A stretch of DNA of 64,000 nt from a virus: positions 19,210-83,209 of IMG/VR virus record IMGVR_UViG_3300046648_000213. One strand, 5' to 3'. The notes under the pieces were generated by a model. The model saw only the letters and a program-made list of their open reading frames with translations. It did no database searches and had not been told where the DNA came from. A program made the translations under genes and the position numbers. Positions within the stretch are counted from its first letter, which is position 1. Each line of letters begins with the position of its first letter. Positions 36,710 through 46,999 of the stretch are shown here, piece after piece.

Positions 36710-37240
36710 ATGGCAGCACATGTGACCCTGCACGACGACATCATCGACTCGCGCGACATCGAATCGCGCATCGACGAGCTCGAGGCCCTGAAGGAAGCAG
36801 TCGACGACGCGAAGGAAGCCGTCGACGAGCGGCGCGCGGAGCTCGTAGAGGAGTTCGGCGGCGAAGAGGAAACCGACCTCCGGCCGCGCGAGTGGGCGGA
36901 CTTCTGCGATGCGGACGAGGAACTCAAGGGCCTCGTCGAAGCGCATGCCCGAGCGGATCAGGAACTCATCGACGAGATGGACAGCGACGAGGAGCTCGAC
37001 CAGCTGCTCGAAGTGCGCACGGAAGTCGACGGCTACAGCCGCGAGTGGCGGCACGGCGTGACGCTCATCAACGACGACTACTTTGAGCGGTACGCCGAGC
37101 AACTTGCCGATGACCTCGGGCTCATCAGCAACACAGCGCAGTGGCCGGCGACCTGCATCGACTGGAAACAGGCTGCGAAGGAACTGCAGAGCGACTACAC
37201 GTCAGTAGAGATCGGATCGGAGACGTACTGGTATCGGTAG
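36710..37240 (+). CDS. Highly acidic protein, ArdA-like antirestriction candidate
   Basis: Very D/E rich; FERYAEQLADDLG...IDWKQAAKEL..DY resembles the ArdA C-terminal pattern. Confidence 0.5.
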   Translation: MAAHVTLHDDIIDSRDIESRIDELEALKEAVDDAKEAVDERRAELVEEFGGEEETDLRPREWADFCDADEELKGLVEAHARADQELIDEMDSDEELDQLLEVRTEVDGYSREWRHGVTLINDDYFERYAEQLADDLGLISNTAQWPATCIDWKQAAKELQSDYTSVEIGSETYWYR

Positions 37241-37292
37241 CAATTTCATGCTCGTTGAAAACACATGAACAAAACCTAACCAGAGGGTCAAC

Positions 37293-37799
37293 ATGCAAGC
37301 TGTACATGCGTTAAATTCTGTGGCCGATTTCACATCGAAAGCTGTGATCTCGGCCAGCGTGATGCAAGTAGATCGTAATCCTGACGAGCCGTGGCAGGGG
37401 AGCGACAAGAACCATTGGCGCATCGAATTGCAGCACCGCGATCGCTCGATGGTTCTCTGGATGTCAATGGACCGCTCGATGGTAGAGCGCAACGTGAATG
37501 GCAAGTGGGTCCGCCAGTTCACGCGCGACGAACCTCAGACGGACCTTCAGCGCATGCTCTGGCGCAACCGATACCGCGAGGCCCGACCAACGGCCGAAGA
37601 GGTATTGAAGCTGGTGCGGCGCAACGCGGCACGCGCAACGAAAGCGATCAACTTCGGCGGCTGGCTTGCCGGATGCGGGTACGAAAACGACCCGCGCGCG
37701 AACCGTGAGGTGTATCGAGCCTGCTTGAGACAGGCCGATGAGTTGTATTTGATGCTCGGCTCGAACCTCTACAGAGAGTTGCTCGAGCTCGATGCGTAA
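37293..37799 (+). CDS. Hypothetical protein
   Basis: GAGG RBS. Confidence 0.7.
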   Translation: MQAVHALNSVADFTSKAVISASVMQVDRNPDEPWQGSDKNHWRIELQHRDRSMVLWMSMDRSMVERNVNGKWVRQFTRDEPQTDLQRMLWRNRYREARPTAEEVLKLVRRNAARATKAINFGGWLAGCGYENDPRANREVYRACLRQADELYLMLGSNLYRELLELDA

Positions 37800-37811
37800 C
37801 TGAAAAGGAAA

Positions 37812-38162
37812 GTGAAAGTGTCCCGCTATACCGAACTGAAAGAACAGCACGAAAAGCTCACCCTCGAACTGCAGGCCGCATTCGAGGAAGAGAAGAAGCA
37901 GGCGATCGACGAGATCAAGGCCATGATCGACACGTACAGCATCACGGCTTATGACCTCGAGATCGAGGTGAAGGCGAAGAAGCTGCCGCCTGGAAAGAAG
38001 ACGCACAGCACGTTCGCCGTGAAGAAGCCGCGCATCACTGTGCCGCCGCTGTACCGCGATCCGGAAAGCGGCAAGACGTGGAGCGGGCGCGGTCGAGAGC
38101 CGCTCTGGTTGGAAGGTAAGCGGGACGAGTTCCTCATCAAGCAGCAAGAGCAGCCAGCGTAA
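37812..38162 (+). CDS. H-NS family nucleoid protein
   Basis: N-terminal coiled coil plus YRDPESGKTWSGRGREPLW DNA-binding motif. Confidence 0.92.
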   Translation: MKVSRYTELKEQHEKLTLELQAAFEEEKKQAIDEIKAMIDTYSITAYDLEIEVKAKKLPPGKKTHSTFAVKKPRITVPPLYRDPESGKTWSGRGREPLWLEGKRDEFLIKQQEQPA

Positions 38163-38214
38163 GAATCGAGGGTGTCCAATTGGACACCCTCTCAACTTTA
38201 AGTGGAGTATAAAA

Positions 38215-38922
38215 ATGACATTCGAAATTAGGGGTCCTATTTACGGCGGCGAGATCATCGAGGTCGAAGGCTTCCGCTTCCGCATCGAGGTCGAGCAGGA
38301 CGAGTTCATGGGTCCGCCGTGGGAAGAGCACGACGGCCACGGGATCGTGAGCGAGTGGACGTCGCGCGACAAGCGTCCGGGCGAGTGGATTATCAACTCG
38401 GACCGCTTCAGCAAGCGCTTCTACGACTTCGCCGGCACGATGAAGAAGGCGAAGAAGGAAGGTTGGGGGCTCACTGAAAAGGCGAAGGCCGAGCTCATCG
38501 AACGGCTGAGCCGCAAGCGCATCATCCGTCTGCGCAAGCCGATCGAGAAGTTCGTCGGCCCGCTGGTGAACCCGATCCGATACGTCAGCGTGCTGGAGCG
38601 CCCCGGCCGCGACCCGAACAAGCCGCTGACGCGAGGCGAGATCACTGAGGAGGCCGTGCGCCGGGACTACGAGCACCTGCGAGGTTGGTGCAACGATCAC
38701 TGGCAATGGCAGATCGTGTCAGTGATCCGCCTCGAGGACGAGGAGGGCAGCGAGGAGGAGCACGAGGACGGCACCAGCTTCAGCCTCGGCGGCGTAGAGA
38801 ACTCGGACGACGCCTATGTGAAGGAGATCGTCTATGAGCTCCTGGACGAAGCTCTCCACGTGCTGAAGAAGGAGCGCAACGAGCGGCAGTATTGGGCCGA
38901 GCGCGACGTCGAAACGGTGTGA
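38215..38922 (+). CDS. Hypothetical early protein
   Basis: GGAG RBS after a palindrome. Confidence 0.8.
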   Translation: MTFEIRGPIYGGEIIEVEGFRFRIEVEQDEFMGPPWEEHDGHGIVSEWTSRDKRPGEWIINSDRFSKRFYDFAGTMKKAKKEGWGLTEKAKAELIERLSRKRIIRLRKPIEKFVGPLVNPIRYVSVLERPGRDPNKPLTRGEITEEAVRRDYEHLRGWCNDHWQWQIVSVIRLEDEEGSEEEHEDGTSFSLGGVENSDDAYVKEIVYELLDEALHVLKKERNERQYWAERDVETV

Positions 38923-39000
38923 GTCTCTAGCCTGCAGCCCCGCGTGCGGGGTTGTGGGGTAGCGGCATTCCGCCGCACCTAACTTTCAACGGGAGTCACA

Positions 39001-39483
39001 ATGGACATCACTATCAACTCTTGGCGCGACCTCGAGCAGTTCGGAATCAACGCCCTGACCGGCGAGTCGGACAAGCTCGGCCAGCGCATCCTGTGCGACT
39101 TGTCTGCCCGCGGCGTGGCCGCGATCGGCGAGTATCTCGGCATGGAGCCCTCGGGCCTCTCGCCCAACTGGAATTCGAAAGTCGGCGAGGAGCCGGCCGT
39201 GGCCTCGATTCTGTTGCCGCGCGACTACACGCCGCTCGCTATGTTCCTGCTGCTCGGCGTGGCGCGCGTCCCGTATATCGTGACCATGAACGGGTCGATG
39301 ATCGGCACCGACCGTAGGCAGTATGCGGACGAGAATGACAAGGCGATTGAGGAGCTCGTCAGGCGCAGCCCTGACGAGCCGTCGATCGGCTGGCGCCTGC
39401 CCTACAGCGTCATCCGGAACCCGCTGCCGGCCGACGCATTAAGTATTCGCAACATTCACGGGTTTACCGGACGGACCAGCTAA
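39001..39483 (+). CDS. Hypothetical protein
   Basis: GGGAG RBS. Confidence 0.75.
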   Translation: MDITINSWRDLEQFGINALTGESDKLGQRILCDLSARGVAAIGEYLGMEPSGLSPNWNSKVGEEPAVASILLPRDYTPLAMFLLLGVARVPYIVTMNGSMIGTDRRQYADENDKAIEELVRRSPDEPSIGWRLPYSVIRNPLPADALSIRNIHGFTGRTS

Positions 39484-39615
39484 GCCGGTCGGAAGGTAAG
39501 TTTCGGGCTAAGGTCGGCTTAGGCGCCAAACTCCGTGCGGTAGCACTTGTCAAAGTTTTATATGGCTGAGCTACAATCTGGGTCGGCAAAATAAAAGCCA
39601 AACTTACTTTGGAGG

Positions 39616-39942
39616 TTGGAAATGTTCTGCAACTACGGTCAGTTGCCGCCCGAGAAGCAAGAGTTGGCACAGGAAAAAGTCTTCGAAGACCTGGTGGAAG
39701 CGGTAGTGACACGGGGTTTGCGTTTCAATGACTGTGCTAACGGCAGCAATCTGCAATTCAAGATAGACCGCGCATGGGAACGAGTTTCGAACCTAGACGT
39801 TGATGCCGAAGATCAACCGGAATGGGTACGACATTTGGTCGCATCAGAGTGTGAGGTCGAACTTAAAGCGATCGCCGTTCAGACAGCCAAGGATGCAACG
39901 TATATCTCAAACGAGACTGTCATCAATTTAGATCAGCTTTGA
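39616..39942 (+). CDS. Hypothetical protein (lower GC)
   Basis: GGAGG RBS; AT-rich upstream region. Confidence 0.65.
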   Translation: MEMFCNYGQLPPEKQELAQEKVFEDLVEAVVTRGLRFNDCANGSNLQFKIDRAWERVSNLDVDAEDQPEWVRHLVASECEVELKAIAVQTAKDATYISNETVINLDQL

Positions 39943-40008
39943 TTGTCCAATTGGACAGCAACTTGAACCCCGCCATGTGCGGGGTTTTTTACTTTAGAGG
40001 AAGTGAAA

Positions 40009-40854
40009 ATGCAAAACGCCAAACGCGCAAAGATCGACGAAACCGCAAAGCGCATCGTCGAGCAGGACGTCTACTACTGCGTCTCGTATCTGGTCAGGGG
40101 ACTTGCCAAGCTCGAGGGCATGCTCAAGTACGCGCAGATGACGGAGATCGGCCTCGACCCCGATGAACTGCGCGGCGTGCTCATTCAGGACGACTGGCAG
40201 TCGGCTGCTGAAGAGCAGGGCTGGGCGATGGGCGAAGACGAGGTGATCTCGAAGGCCGGTGAGGAGAACACCTACACCGACTGGCAGGACCTCTGCAGCA
40301 ACGAGAACATCGACCCGCACACGACGGAGGCTTACGAGCACTGGATCGTGAGCGACTGGCTCGCCAAGAAGCTCGAAGACAAGGGCGAGATGATCGTGCG
40401 CGACATGATGGGCCTGACGATTTGGGGGCGGCCGACGACCGGCCAGGCGATCTACATGGACTACGTGATGCAGCGCATCGCGGAAGACCTCAACGGCCCG
40501 CCGGGACTGACGCTGATCCTGATCGATCCGTTCAACCGCAAGGTAACGAAGATCGAGAGCGAGACGCCCGAGCTCGACCTGCACGAGACGTACAAGCTGC
40601 TGGACGTCAACCTCATCACGTCGGTCGGGCTGCCGAACGGCGACGTGATCTACGTCGATGACGAAGGGCTGCTGATGAACGACTTGTCGAAGCAGGGCTT
40701 CTTCCAGTACGAGGGTCATCCGGAGCCGCTGGCCGGCAAGGGTCTGATCGTCGGCAGCGACGGCAAGGGCGGCAACGCTTCGGCGAAGACGACGCTCGAC
40801 GAGGCGGTCGCGAAGACGAAGTGGATGCTGTACGTTTCCGGCAACGAGCAGTAA
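40009..40854 (+). CDS. Two-domain protein with C-terminal DUF3846-like domain
   Basis: LILIDP...IYVDDEGLL...PLAGKGLIVG. Confidence 0.7.
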   Translation: MQNAKRAKIDETAKRIVEQDVYYCVSYLVRGLAKLEGMLKYAQMTEIGLDPDELRGVLIQDDWQSAAEEQGWAMGEDEVISKAGEENTYTDWQDLCSNENIDPHTTEAYEHWIVSDWLAKKLEDKGEMIVRDMMGLTIWGRPTTGQAIYMDYVMQRIAEDLNGPPGLTLILIDPFNRKVTKIESETPELDLHETYKLLDVNLITSVGLPNGDVIYVDDEGLLMNDLSKQGFFQYEGHPEPLAGKGLIVGSDGKGGNASAKTTLDEAVAKTKWMLYVSGNEQ

Positions 40855-40912
40855 AAAGGTGAGAGGGAAGTCCCCCTCTCTATCTGTAAAATATAGGACA
40901 ACTTAATAGGAA

Positions 40913-41653
40913 GTGAACATGCAAGAAAAATTGTTGGTCGAAGGCGTCGAGTACGTGAGCGATTCCTGCTTCGTCTACGGGGACTACGGCGGTGCCGGTT
41001 CGCTCGGTGTAGCGAACGTGCGGCACCTGAAAGAGAACTTCGACTGGATGGGGATCGGCATGAGCCAGATCGAGCCGGAGAAGTTGGCCGGCGAGTTCAA
41101 GTACCGCCTGCGCTACTACGGCGTCGACGAGGTGCAGGCGCACCTCGAGACTGGCGACCCGCTGCCTGATGTGCTGCTTGCGGAGGGACAGTTCGGCTCG
41201 GTGCAGGCGTGGCTGCGCGCCGACGCGGAAGGTGCTGACGAGATCATGGCAGCGATGGCAGACTATCCGGTGCTCGACGATCAGGAGCTCAGCAAGGTCG
41301 AGATGGAGTGGGAGCAGGAGGCGTGGGACGGTTGGCTGCGCTCCGATCTCATGAAGACGCTCCGATACGACTACTTCGACGAGGCGGACGAGGACGAGGA
41401 CAAGTCGCTCGAGGAGCGCGCCGACGAGCAGCTAACCGACGCGCAACTGTTCGAGGCGTACCGCGCCGCGATGGACGAGTGCAACGTCTATCCGACGCCG
41501 GAGCTCAACGGAGTGCACATCCCGGTCGAGCGCATCGCCGGGTCGTTCGGCGTGCACGTCGTCGAGGCGCTCAAACTCGACAATCACCTGCGGGCGCGCG
41601 AGATCGCCCGCGAGGCCGGCCAACTGGAACTCAACTTAGAGGAGGTAAATTGA
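40913..41653 (+). CDS. Acidic hypothetical protein
   Basis: DYPVLDD...VE.E...EAW motif; RBS. Confidence 0.75.
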   Translation: MNMQEKLLVEGVEYVSDSCFVYGDYGGAGSLGVANVRHLKENFDWMGIGMSQIEPEKLAGEFKYRLRYYGVDEVQAHLETGDPLPDVLLAEGQFGSVQAWLRADAEGADEIMAAMADYPVLDDQELSKVEMEWEQEAWDGWLRSDLMKTLRYDYFDEADEDEDKSLEERADEQLTDAQLFEAYRAAMDECNVYPTPELNGVHIPVERIAGSFGVHVVEALKLDNHLRAREIAREAGQLELNLEEVN

Positions 41654-42111
41654 CATTTTTTCCAAACGGGACAACAATCGAGCCTTCGATGTATTCCCCG
41701 CGCGAGCCGAGCGCCTACAGCGTTATGTGGGACGGCGCACGTTGGGGGTACGGAGCGCACGAATGGTTCCGGGACGACGTTCCGTACTGGAACCTCTTCT
41801 GGCTTAGCTGCGCGGGGCTCGAGGCCCTGCTCGACTGGCCGGAAGATCGCGGCGGCGAAGTGCCGACGTTCTCGCCTCTCATGAACTGGACGAGGCAGAC
41901 CGTCGAGCAGCGGGTCAATGGGCAGAAGCTGCGGCGACTGCTTGTCGACCTGACGCCGCCGCAGTTCGTCAGCTTCGTGGGGATGCACAAGCACTCGCAC
42001 CTGACTGTCGTCCGGGAGATGGGCGCGGCGTGGATTCAGACGATCACCGACCGCAGCCGGCTCTACGCGCCGCGGCAGGGGTTGGACTGGAAGTCCTTGG
42101 GCATCGGATAA
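41650..42111 (+). CDS. Hypothetical protein
   Basis: GGAGG RBS before TTG; terminator follows. Confidence 0.6.
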   Translation: MTFFPNGTTIEPSMYSPREPSAYSVMWDGARWGYGAHEWFRDDVPYWNLFWLSCAGLEALLDWPEDRGGEVPTFSPLMNWTRQTVEQRVNGQKLRRLLVDLTPPQFVSFVGMHKHSHLTVVREMGAAWIQTITDRSRLYAPRQGLDWKSLGIG

Positions 42112-42120
42112 GAGAACGGA

Positions 42121-42141
42121 CAGCGCCTTCGGGCGCTGTTT
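42121..42141 (+). terminator. Intrinsic terminator
   Basis: CAGCGCC-TTCG-GGCGCTG-TTT. Confidence 0.7.
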
Positions 42142-42159
42142 CCACATAAAGGCCGACCG

Positions 42160-43587
42160 ATGACACCCTATGAATTGGTGACGTACCGCTACAAGCTGCC
42201 CTTCCCCCTTTACCCCTATCAGGTCGATGCCGTAAACGACCTGTCGCCTCGACCGCGCGTCGGCTTCTACGCGGAGGTCGGCACCGGCAAGACGGCGATG
42301 TCGACGGTGTGGGCGCTGTACAAGACGCTGACCGAGAGCGCCGTGCACATCGTGCTGATGCCGCCGATCCTGATGATGGGTTGGAAGCGGTGGCTCGACA
42401 AGATTCCCGGCGTGAAGAGCGTGCTGTACCGCGGCACGCCGAAGCAGCGAAAGCTGATCGAGCTCGACGCGGACTTCGTGCTGATGTCGATGGACATCTT
42501 CAAGATCGACTTCGAATACCTGTCGCACATGTTTCAGCACCGCAACGTCAGCCTGATCGTCGACGAAGCGACCAGCGTGAAGAACTCGAAGTCGCAGAAC
42601 CACAAGCGCGTGAACGAGTTCTCGGCCGGCGGCAACCTTGCCCTGCTGACCGGGACTCCGCTCTCGACGCCGTGGGACGCCTACGGCTACTGCAAGTTCA
42701 TCGCCCCCGGCACGTACAGGAACCTGCGGCAGTTCGAGCGCGTGCACGTAGCCGAGACGGACTTCTTCGGCAAGGTCACGAAGTGGGGCAATCTCGAGCT
42801 CATGGCCGACAACATGAAGATCAATGCGGTCCGGATTCTGAAGCGCGAGGTGCTGCAAAACTTGCCGGAAGTGCAGTATCTGCCGATCCCGTATGAGCTC
42901 ACCGGTGAGCACATCAAGCTGTACCGGCAGCTGTGCGACGAGCAGCTTCTGATTCTGGAGGACGGCGGGAAGATCGACGCGACCGGCGAGTCGAAGATGT
43001 ACCATCTTTCGCAGCAGATCATCTGGAACCCGGACCACTTCAGCGGCAAGCCGGAGACGCGCGCGTCGGGCTTCGACGTGCTCGATCAGGTGCTCGAGCA
43101 ACTGGACACTGCGTCGGAGAGCGGCGAGAAGCTGCTCATCTACGCGAACTACAAGATGACGATCCGCGGCCTGCTGAAGTACCTGGCGCCGCTCGGCGCC
43201 GTCGCCGCGTACGGCGAGGTGCCGCGCGCGCAGCAGGACCGGAACGTCGACCGGTTCATGTCAGACCCGACGTGCCGCGTGCTGATCGCTCAGCCGCTGT
43301 CCGCCGGCGCGGGCCTGAACCTGCAGGAATGCTGCGGCAACGTGTTCTTCCCTGAGATGCCGGTCGTGCCGAAGGACTTCGCGCAGGCTGTCGGCCGCGT
43401 CGACCGGGACGGACAGATTAGAAAGGACGTTCGAATTTTCCTGCCGCAGGCGATGCGCACGATCCAGATGGAACTGGTGGATCGCCTGATGGATAAGGAC
43501 TGGCTGGTCGGGAAGGTGCAGCGGCAGGCGGTCGATCTGCGCACGGCGATCTTCGGCGGCTCTGTCTCAGAACTGCAACCGGCTTAG
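42160..43587 (+). CDS. SNF2-like superfamily 2 helicase
   Basis: VGTGKT, VDEA, LTGTP, GAGLNLQ, QAVGRVDR. Confidence 0.92.
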   Translation: MTPYELVTYRYKLPFPLYPYQVDAVNDLSPRPRVGFYAEVGTGKTAMSTVWALYKTLTESAVHIVLMPPILMMGWKRWLDKIPGVKSVLYRGTPKQRKLIELDADFVLMSMDIFKIDFEYLSHMFQHRNVSLIVDEATSVKNSKSQNHKRVNEFSAGGNLALLTGTPLSTPWDAYGYCKFIAPGTYRNLRQFERVHVAETDFFGKVTKWGNLELMADNMKINAVRILKREVLQNLPEVQYLPIPYELTGEHIKLYRQLCDEQLLILEDGGKIDATGESKMYHLSQQIIWNPDHFSGKPETRASGFDVLDQVLEQLDTASESGEKLLIYANYKMTIRGLLKYLAPLGAVAAYGEVPRAQQDRNVDRFMSDPTCRVLIAQPLSAGAGLNLQECCGNVFFPEMPVVPKDFAQAVGRVDRDGQIRKDVRIFLPQAMRTIQMELVDRLMDKDWLVGKVQRQAVDLRTAIFGGSVSELQPA

Positions 43588-43654
43588 TGTCCAACTGGAC
43601 ACTGCGTATAATCCGACGCCAGCAAGGCATCGTAACTTACAACGGGAGTTTCAA

Positions 43655-44149
43655 ATGTATCTCACAGAAGAAGAGATCAAGGCCGACTTGATCCGCCAGA
43701 TGCCAGAACGAGAAAGAAAGTCCTTCGGGTCCTTCGGCCACCTGCGGGTCGAGGCGATCTTTAAGGACCGCGTGTTCGTGGTCTATCGCAGCAACGGCAA
43801 GTCCTCCGCGCCGGACATCCTGACCACGATCCGCGTGCAGGAAGTCCACGCCGACAACGAAGGCGCGAGCACGGTGCTGATCGACCAAGGCACCGGCGAC
43901 ACGATGCGCGTCGCGTATCAGCCGGAGCGTCTGTTCCATTACCCGATCTTCGTCTCGCTTCCGCTGCACATGCGCATCCAGTTTCAGGCGCGCACGACAG
44001 GCGAGAGCGCATGGATCGGCACACTTGCCTTCGCGCTGCTGGTCAAGACGAAGAACAAGTCGGATTTCCACTCGGCGGGCAACGTGTACGTCGAGACGCC
44101 GAACGACTTCAAGACGAAGTTTCCGAATATCACCGGCCTCACCTTCTGA
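43655..44149 (+). CDS. Hypothetical protein
   Basis: GGGAG RBS; TATAAT at 43607 just downstream of a palindrome. Confidence 0.75.
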   Translation: MYLTEEEIKADLIRQMPERERKSFGSFGHLRVEAIFKDRVFVVYRSNGKSSAPDILTTIRVQEVHADNEGASTVLIDQGTGDTMRVAYQPERLFHYPIFVSLPLHMRIQFQARTTGESAWIGTLAFALLVKTKNKSDFHSAGNVYVETPNDFKTKFPNITGLTF

Positions 44150-44161
44150 TAGGGGAATCGC

Positions 44162-46999
44162 ATGTTCTTCTACTATCAGAACGAGGGCGGCGAAGAGGCG
44201 TGGCACGAGGCCCTGCTCGCGAAAAAGGAAGACCTGATCGCGACGAAGAAGCCGCGCTACGCGACCGTGCTCGGGCTCGTTCCCCTCGTCTCGAACGACA
44301 TGACGCGCGAGGAGCTCGACGCGATCAAGTACAAGGGTCCCTTCTACGTTGATTGGGACGCCGAGTCACTGGACACCGCCATCGAGCAGTTCCAGAAGTT
44401 CCTGCGCAACCTCGAGAAAGAGGACATCAACCTCAACTCGCTGTACCTGTATGCGTCCGGCGGGCGCGGCTTCCACCTTGAGATGCCGCAGGAGGTCTTC
44501 CTCGAGAAGAAGAAGATACCGGCCACGGGCATGACGCACCTGCCGGCCATCTACAAGGAGATGGTCTACGGCTGCTACGTGGACACGATCGACTTGCGCG
44601 TGTACACGGCGCGGCGCGGGCGCATGTGGCGCGTGATGAACGTGCAGCGGGAGAACGGCAAGTTCAAGGTGCCGATCACCGTCGAGGAAGCGTTCGACAT
44701 GACGCCCGAGCTCTACGCAGAGCTCGTGGCCGCGCCGCGCACGATCCCGCCGCGCGCCACGCCGGAGATGAACAACGCGTGGGGCGTGCGCTTCGCCAAG
44801 GCTGAGACGGCTGTGCGCGAAGGGCTGAAGAAGCGGGCGAAGAGCAGCAAGGATGCCGAGCTCCTCGCGCGCTTCAACGGCGAGGTGCCGGCGTCGATCC
44901 AGACGCTGATGAACGGCGATCACGTCAAAGACGGCGCGGGCTTCCACTCGATCGCGATGCAGATTGCGATCGTGTGCACGTCGCTCGGCAAGACGGCCGA
45001 CGAGATGCTTGCCATGTGCGAGGGGCTCATCAAGAAACACGAGTCCGATTCGTTCCGCTACAACTCGCCGGCCAAGCGCCGCAACGAGCTCGTGCGCATG
45101 TTTCAGTACGTGGAAGGCAACCCGTGCTACTCGTACAACAAAGGCGCGATCAAGGTCCTGCTCACCAAGGAAGTGAACACGCTCGACCTCGACGGCGGTA
45201 ATGAGTCGACCGGCGAGGTGATCGAAGAGGGCGATCCGGAAGACGATCAGGGCATGCTCGGCGGCGTCTTCATGACCGATCGCGGCGTGTTCCGCCGCAG
45301 CACGGAGCACGGTGTGCTGCGCCTGTCGGACGTGGGCTTTCGTGATGTCGTCGTGCTGCAGTCGGCCGCCTCGAAGAACGTCGTCGGCTACGAAGCTGAA
45401 GTGCTGGCGCTCGGTTCGTCGCGCGGCCGGCAGTTTCTGGACATGCAGGACCTCACGAGCCGCGCCAAGTATCAGCCGTTCTGCATGAAGAACATGGGCG
45501 TGACGCAGACGAACGACGCGCAGGTAACGTCGGTTGCCGCGCTACTCCGGGATAACGCAGTGAAAAATAAAAAGGTTACCTATCTCGTGAGCCGCGAAGG
45601 GCTGGACTTCGTGCAGCGTCCGGACACGACGGAAGACATTCTCGACGCGATTTGGGTCGGGAGTGATGGGGTGTTTTCGTACGACCCGCAGGTGGACTAT
45701 CGGCATCGCGGCTCGCCGTCGCCGGAAGGCACGTACAAGTCGGACCTGATGCTTGCCCCGGCGTTCGAGAACACGGAGCACATGCGCAAGGTCGTGCACT
45801 GCTTGCTGAACATGAACACCGACTACACGGTCGGCTGCATGCTCGGTTGGGCTGTGTCAGCGTTCCTGCGTCAGATGTTCCAGCGCGTGTTCGGCCAGTT
45901 TCCGCTGCTGCATCCGTTCGGGCAGGCGGGCTCGGGCAAGTCCACGATCACGGAGCTCGTCGCGCACCTGTTCTATTACCGCTCGGCGCCGTTGATCTTG
46001 CAGGTGTCGAGCGTCGCGACGACGCAGTTCGCGATCACGACGGCAACGTCTGCGTCGGCGAGCATGCCGCTCATCATGGAGGAGTATCAGCCGCGCTCGA
46101 TGCCGCCGAAGCGTCACCCGTTCCTGCTCGACCTGTTCAAGAACGCCTGGAACATGGGCACGTACTCGAAGGGCGGCATGAACACGGAGATCGGCGGCAG
46201 CTTCCGCGACATCCGGACGTTCTCGCTGAGCGCGCCGATCATCTACATCGGCGAGGCGAAGGAAACGCACACGGCGGTGTCGGAGCGCACGATCGCCGTG
46301 CCGCTGCAGAAGTCGAATCTGAATGGCCGCCGCGAGTACGCCGATTTTCTGGCCGAATACGACACGGACATCGGTGTGTTGGGCAAGCTGATCGCGCACA
46401 GCGCGATGGCGGTATCGCTCGACGGCTTCAAGGAGTTCGCGAAGGAGCGACTTGCCGAAGCGCGGCAAGCGTTTCCGAAGGCGAGCAACCGACCGCAGTA
46501 CAGCATGAGCGTCGTGCTAACCGGCCTCGACTTCCTTGCCGATGTTCTCCGGCAAGCAGTCGGCACCGAGTTCGACGAGCGCCTCGCGCAGATTCGCAAC
46601 GCGGTGATCGAAGAGAACCGGGACTTCTCTCAGTCGCACGTGATGGCAGAAGCAGCGAAGGTGCTGAACATTCTGTCGCTGATGTCACGTACGGAGGAGC
46701 CGGACAGCGAGTACGGCCTGCGCTTCGGGCGCGAGTTCGTCTTGCATCCGAACGGCGATCTCGAGCTCAAGATGCGCGAGTGCTTCTTCAAGTATGTGGC
46801 ATGGGCACGCCGCAAGGGACAGCAGCCGCTGTATGACGACGAGCAGTCGTTCATCATCGGCCTGTCGCACTACGGTCCTGTCAAGGATCGCGTGTGCGTC
46901 ACGAGTCCGCTGAAAGATAGCGGGCTCACGAAGGTCTTCCGCTTCTCCGGAAGCGAGTTGACCGAAGAGGGCGTCGAGGAGTTCGCCGCCGTCGAGTAG
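44162..46999 (+). CDS. Primase (AEP-like) - P-loop helicase fusion
   Basis: DWD and SGGRGFH primase motifs; GQAGSGKST Walker A; IMEE Walker B. Confidence 0.85.
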   Translation: MFFYYQNEGGEEAWHEALLAKKEDLIATKKPRYATVLGLVPLVSNDMTREELDAIKYKGPFYVDWDAESLDTAIEQFQKFLRNLEKEDINLNSLYLYASGGRGFHLEMPQEVFLEKKKIPATGMTHLPAIYKEMVYGCYVDTIDLRVYTARRGRMWRVMNVQRENGKFKVPITVEEAFDMTPELYAELVAAPRTIPPRATPEMNNAWGVRFAKAETAVREGLKKRAKSSKDAELLARFNGEVPASIQTLMNGDHVKDGAGFHSIAMQIAIVCTSLGKTADEMLAMCEGLIKKHESDSFRYNSPAKRRNELVRMFQYVEGNPCYSYNKGAIKVLLTKEVNTLDLDGGNESTGEVIEEGDPEDDQGMLGGVFMTDRGVFRRSTEHGVLRLSDVGFRDVVVLQSAASKNVVGYEAEVLALGSSRGRQFLDMQDLTSRAKYQPFCMKNMGVTQTNDAQVTSVAALLRDNAVKNKKVTYLVSREGLDFVQRPDTTEDILDAIWVGSDGVFSYDPQVDYRHRGSPSPEGTYKSDLMLAPAFENTEHMRKVVHCLLNMNTDYTVGCMLGWAVSAFLRQMFQRVFGQFPLLHPFGQAGSGKSTITELVAHLFYYRSAPLILQVSSVATTQFAITTATSASASMPLIMEEYQPRSMPPKRHPFLLDLFKNAWNMGTYSKGGMNTEIGGSFRDIRTFSLSAPIIYIGEAKETHTAVSERTIAVPLQKSNLNGRREYADFLAEYDTDIGVLGKLIAHSAMAVSLDGFKEFAKERLAEARQAFPKASNRPQYSMSVVLTGLDFLADVLRQAVGTEFDERLAQIRNAVIEENRDFSQSHVMAEAAKVLNILSLMSRTEEPDSEYGLRFGREFVLHPNGDLELKMRECFFKYVAWARRKGQQPLYDDEQSFIIGLSHYGPVKDRVCVTSPLKDSGLTKVFRFSGSELTEEGVEEFAAVE

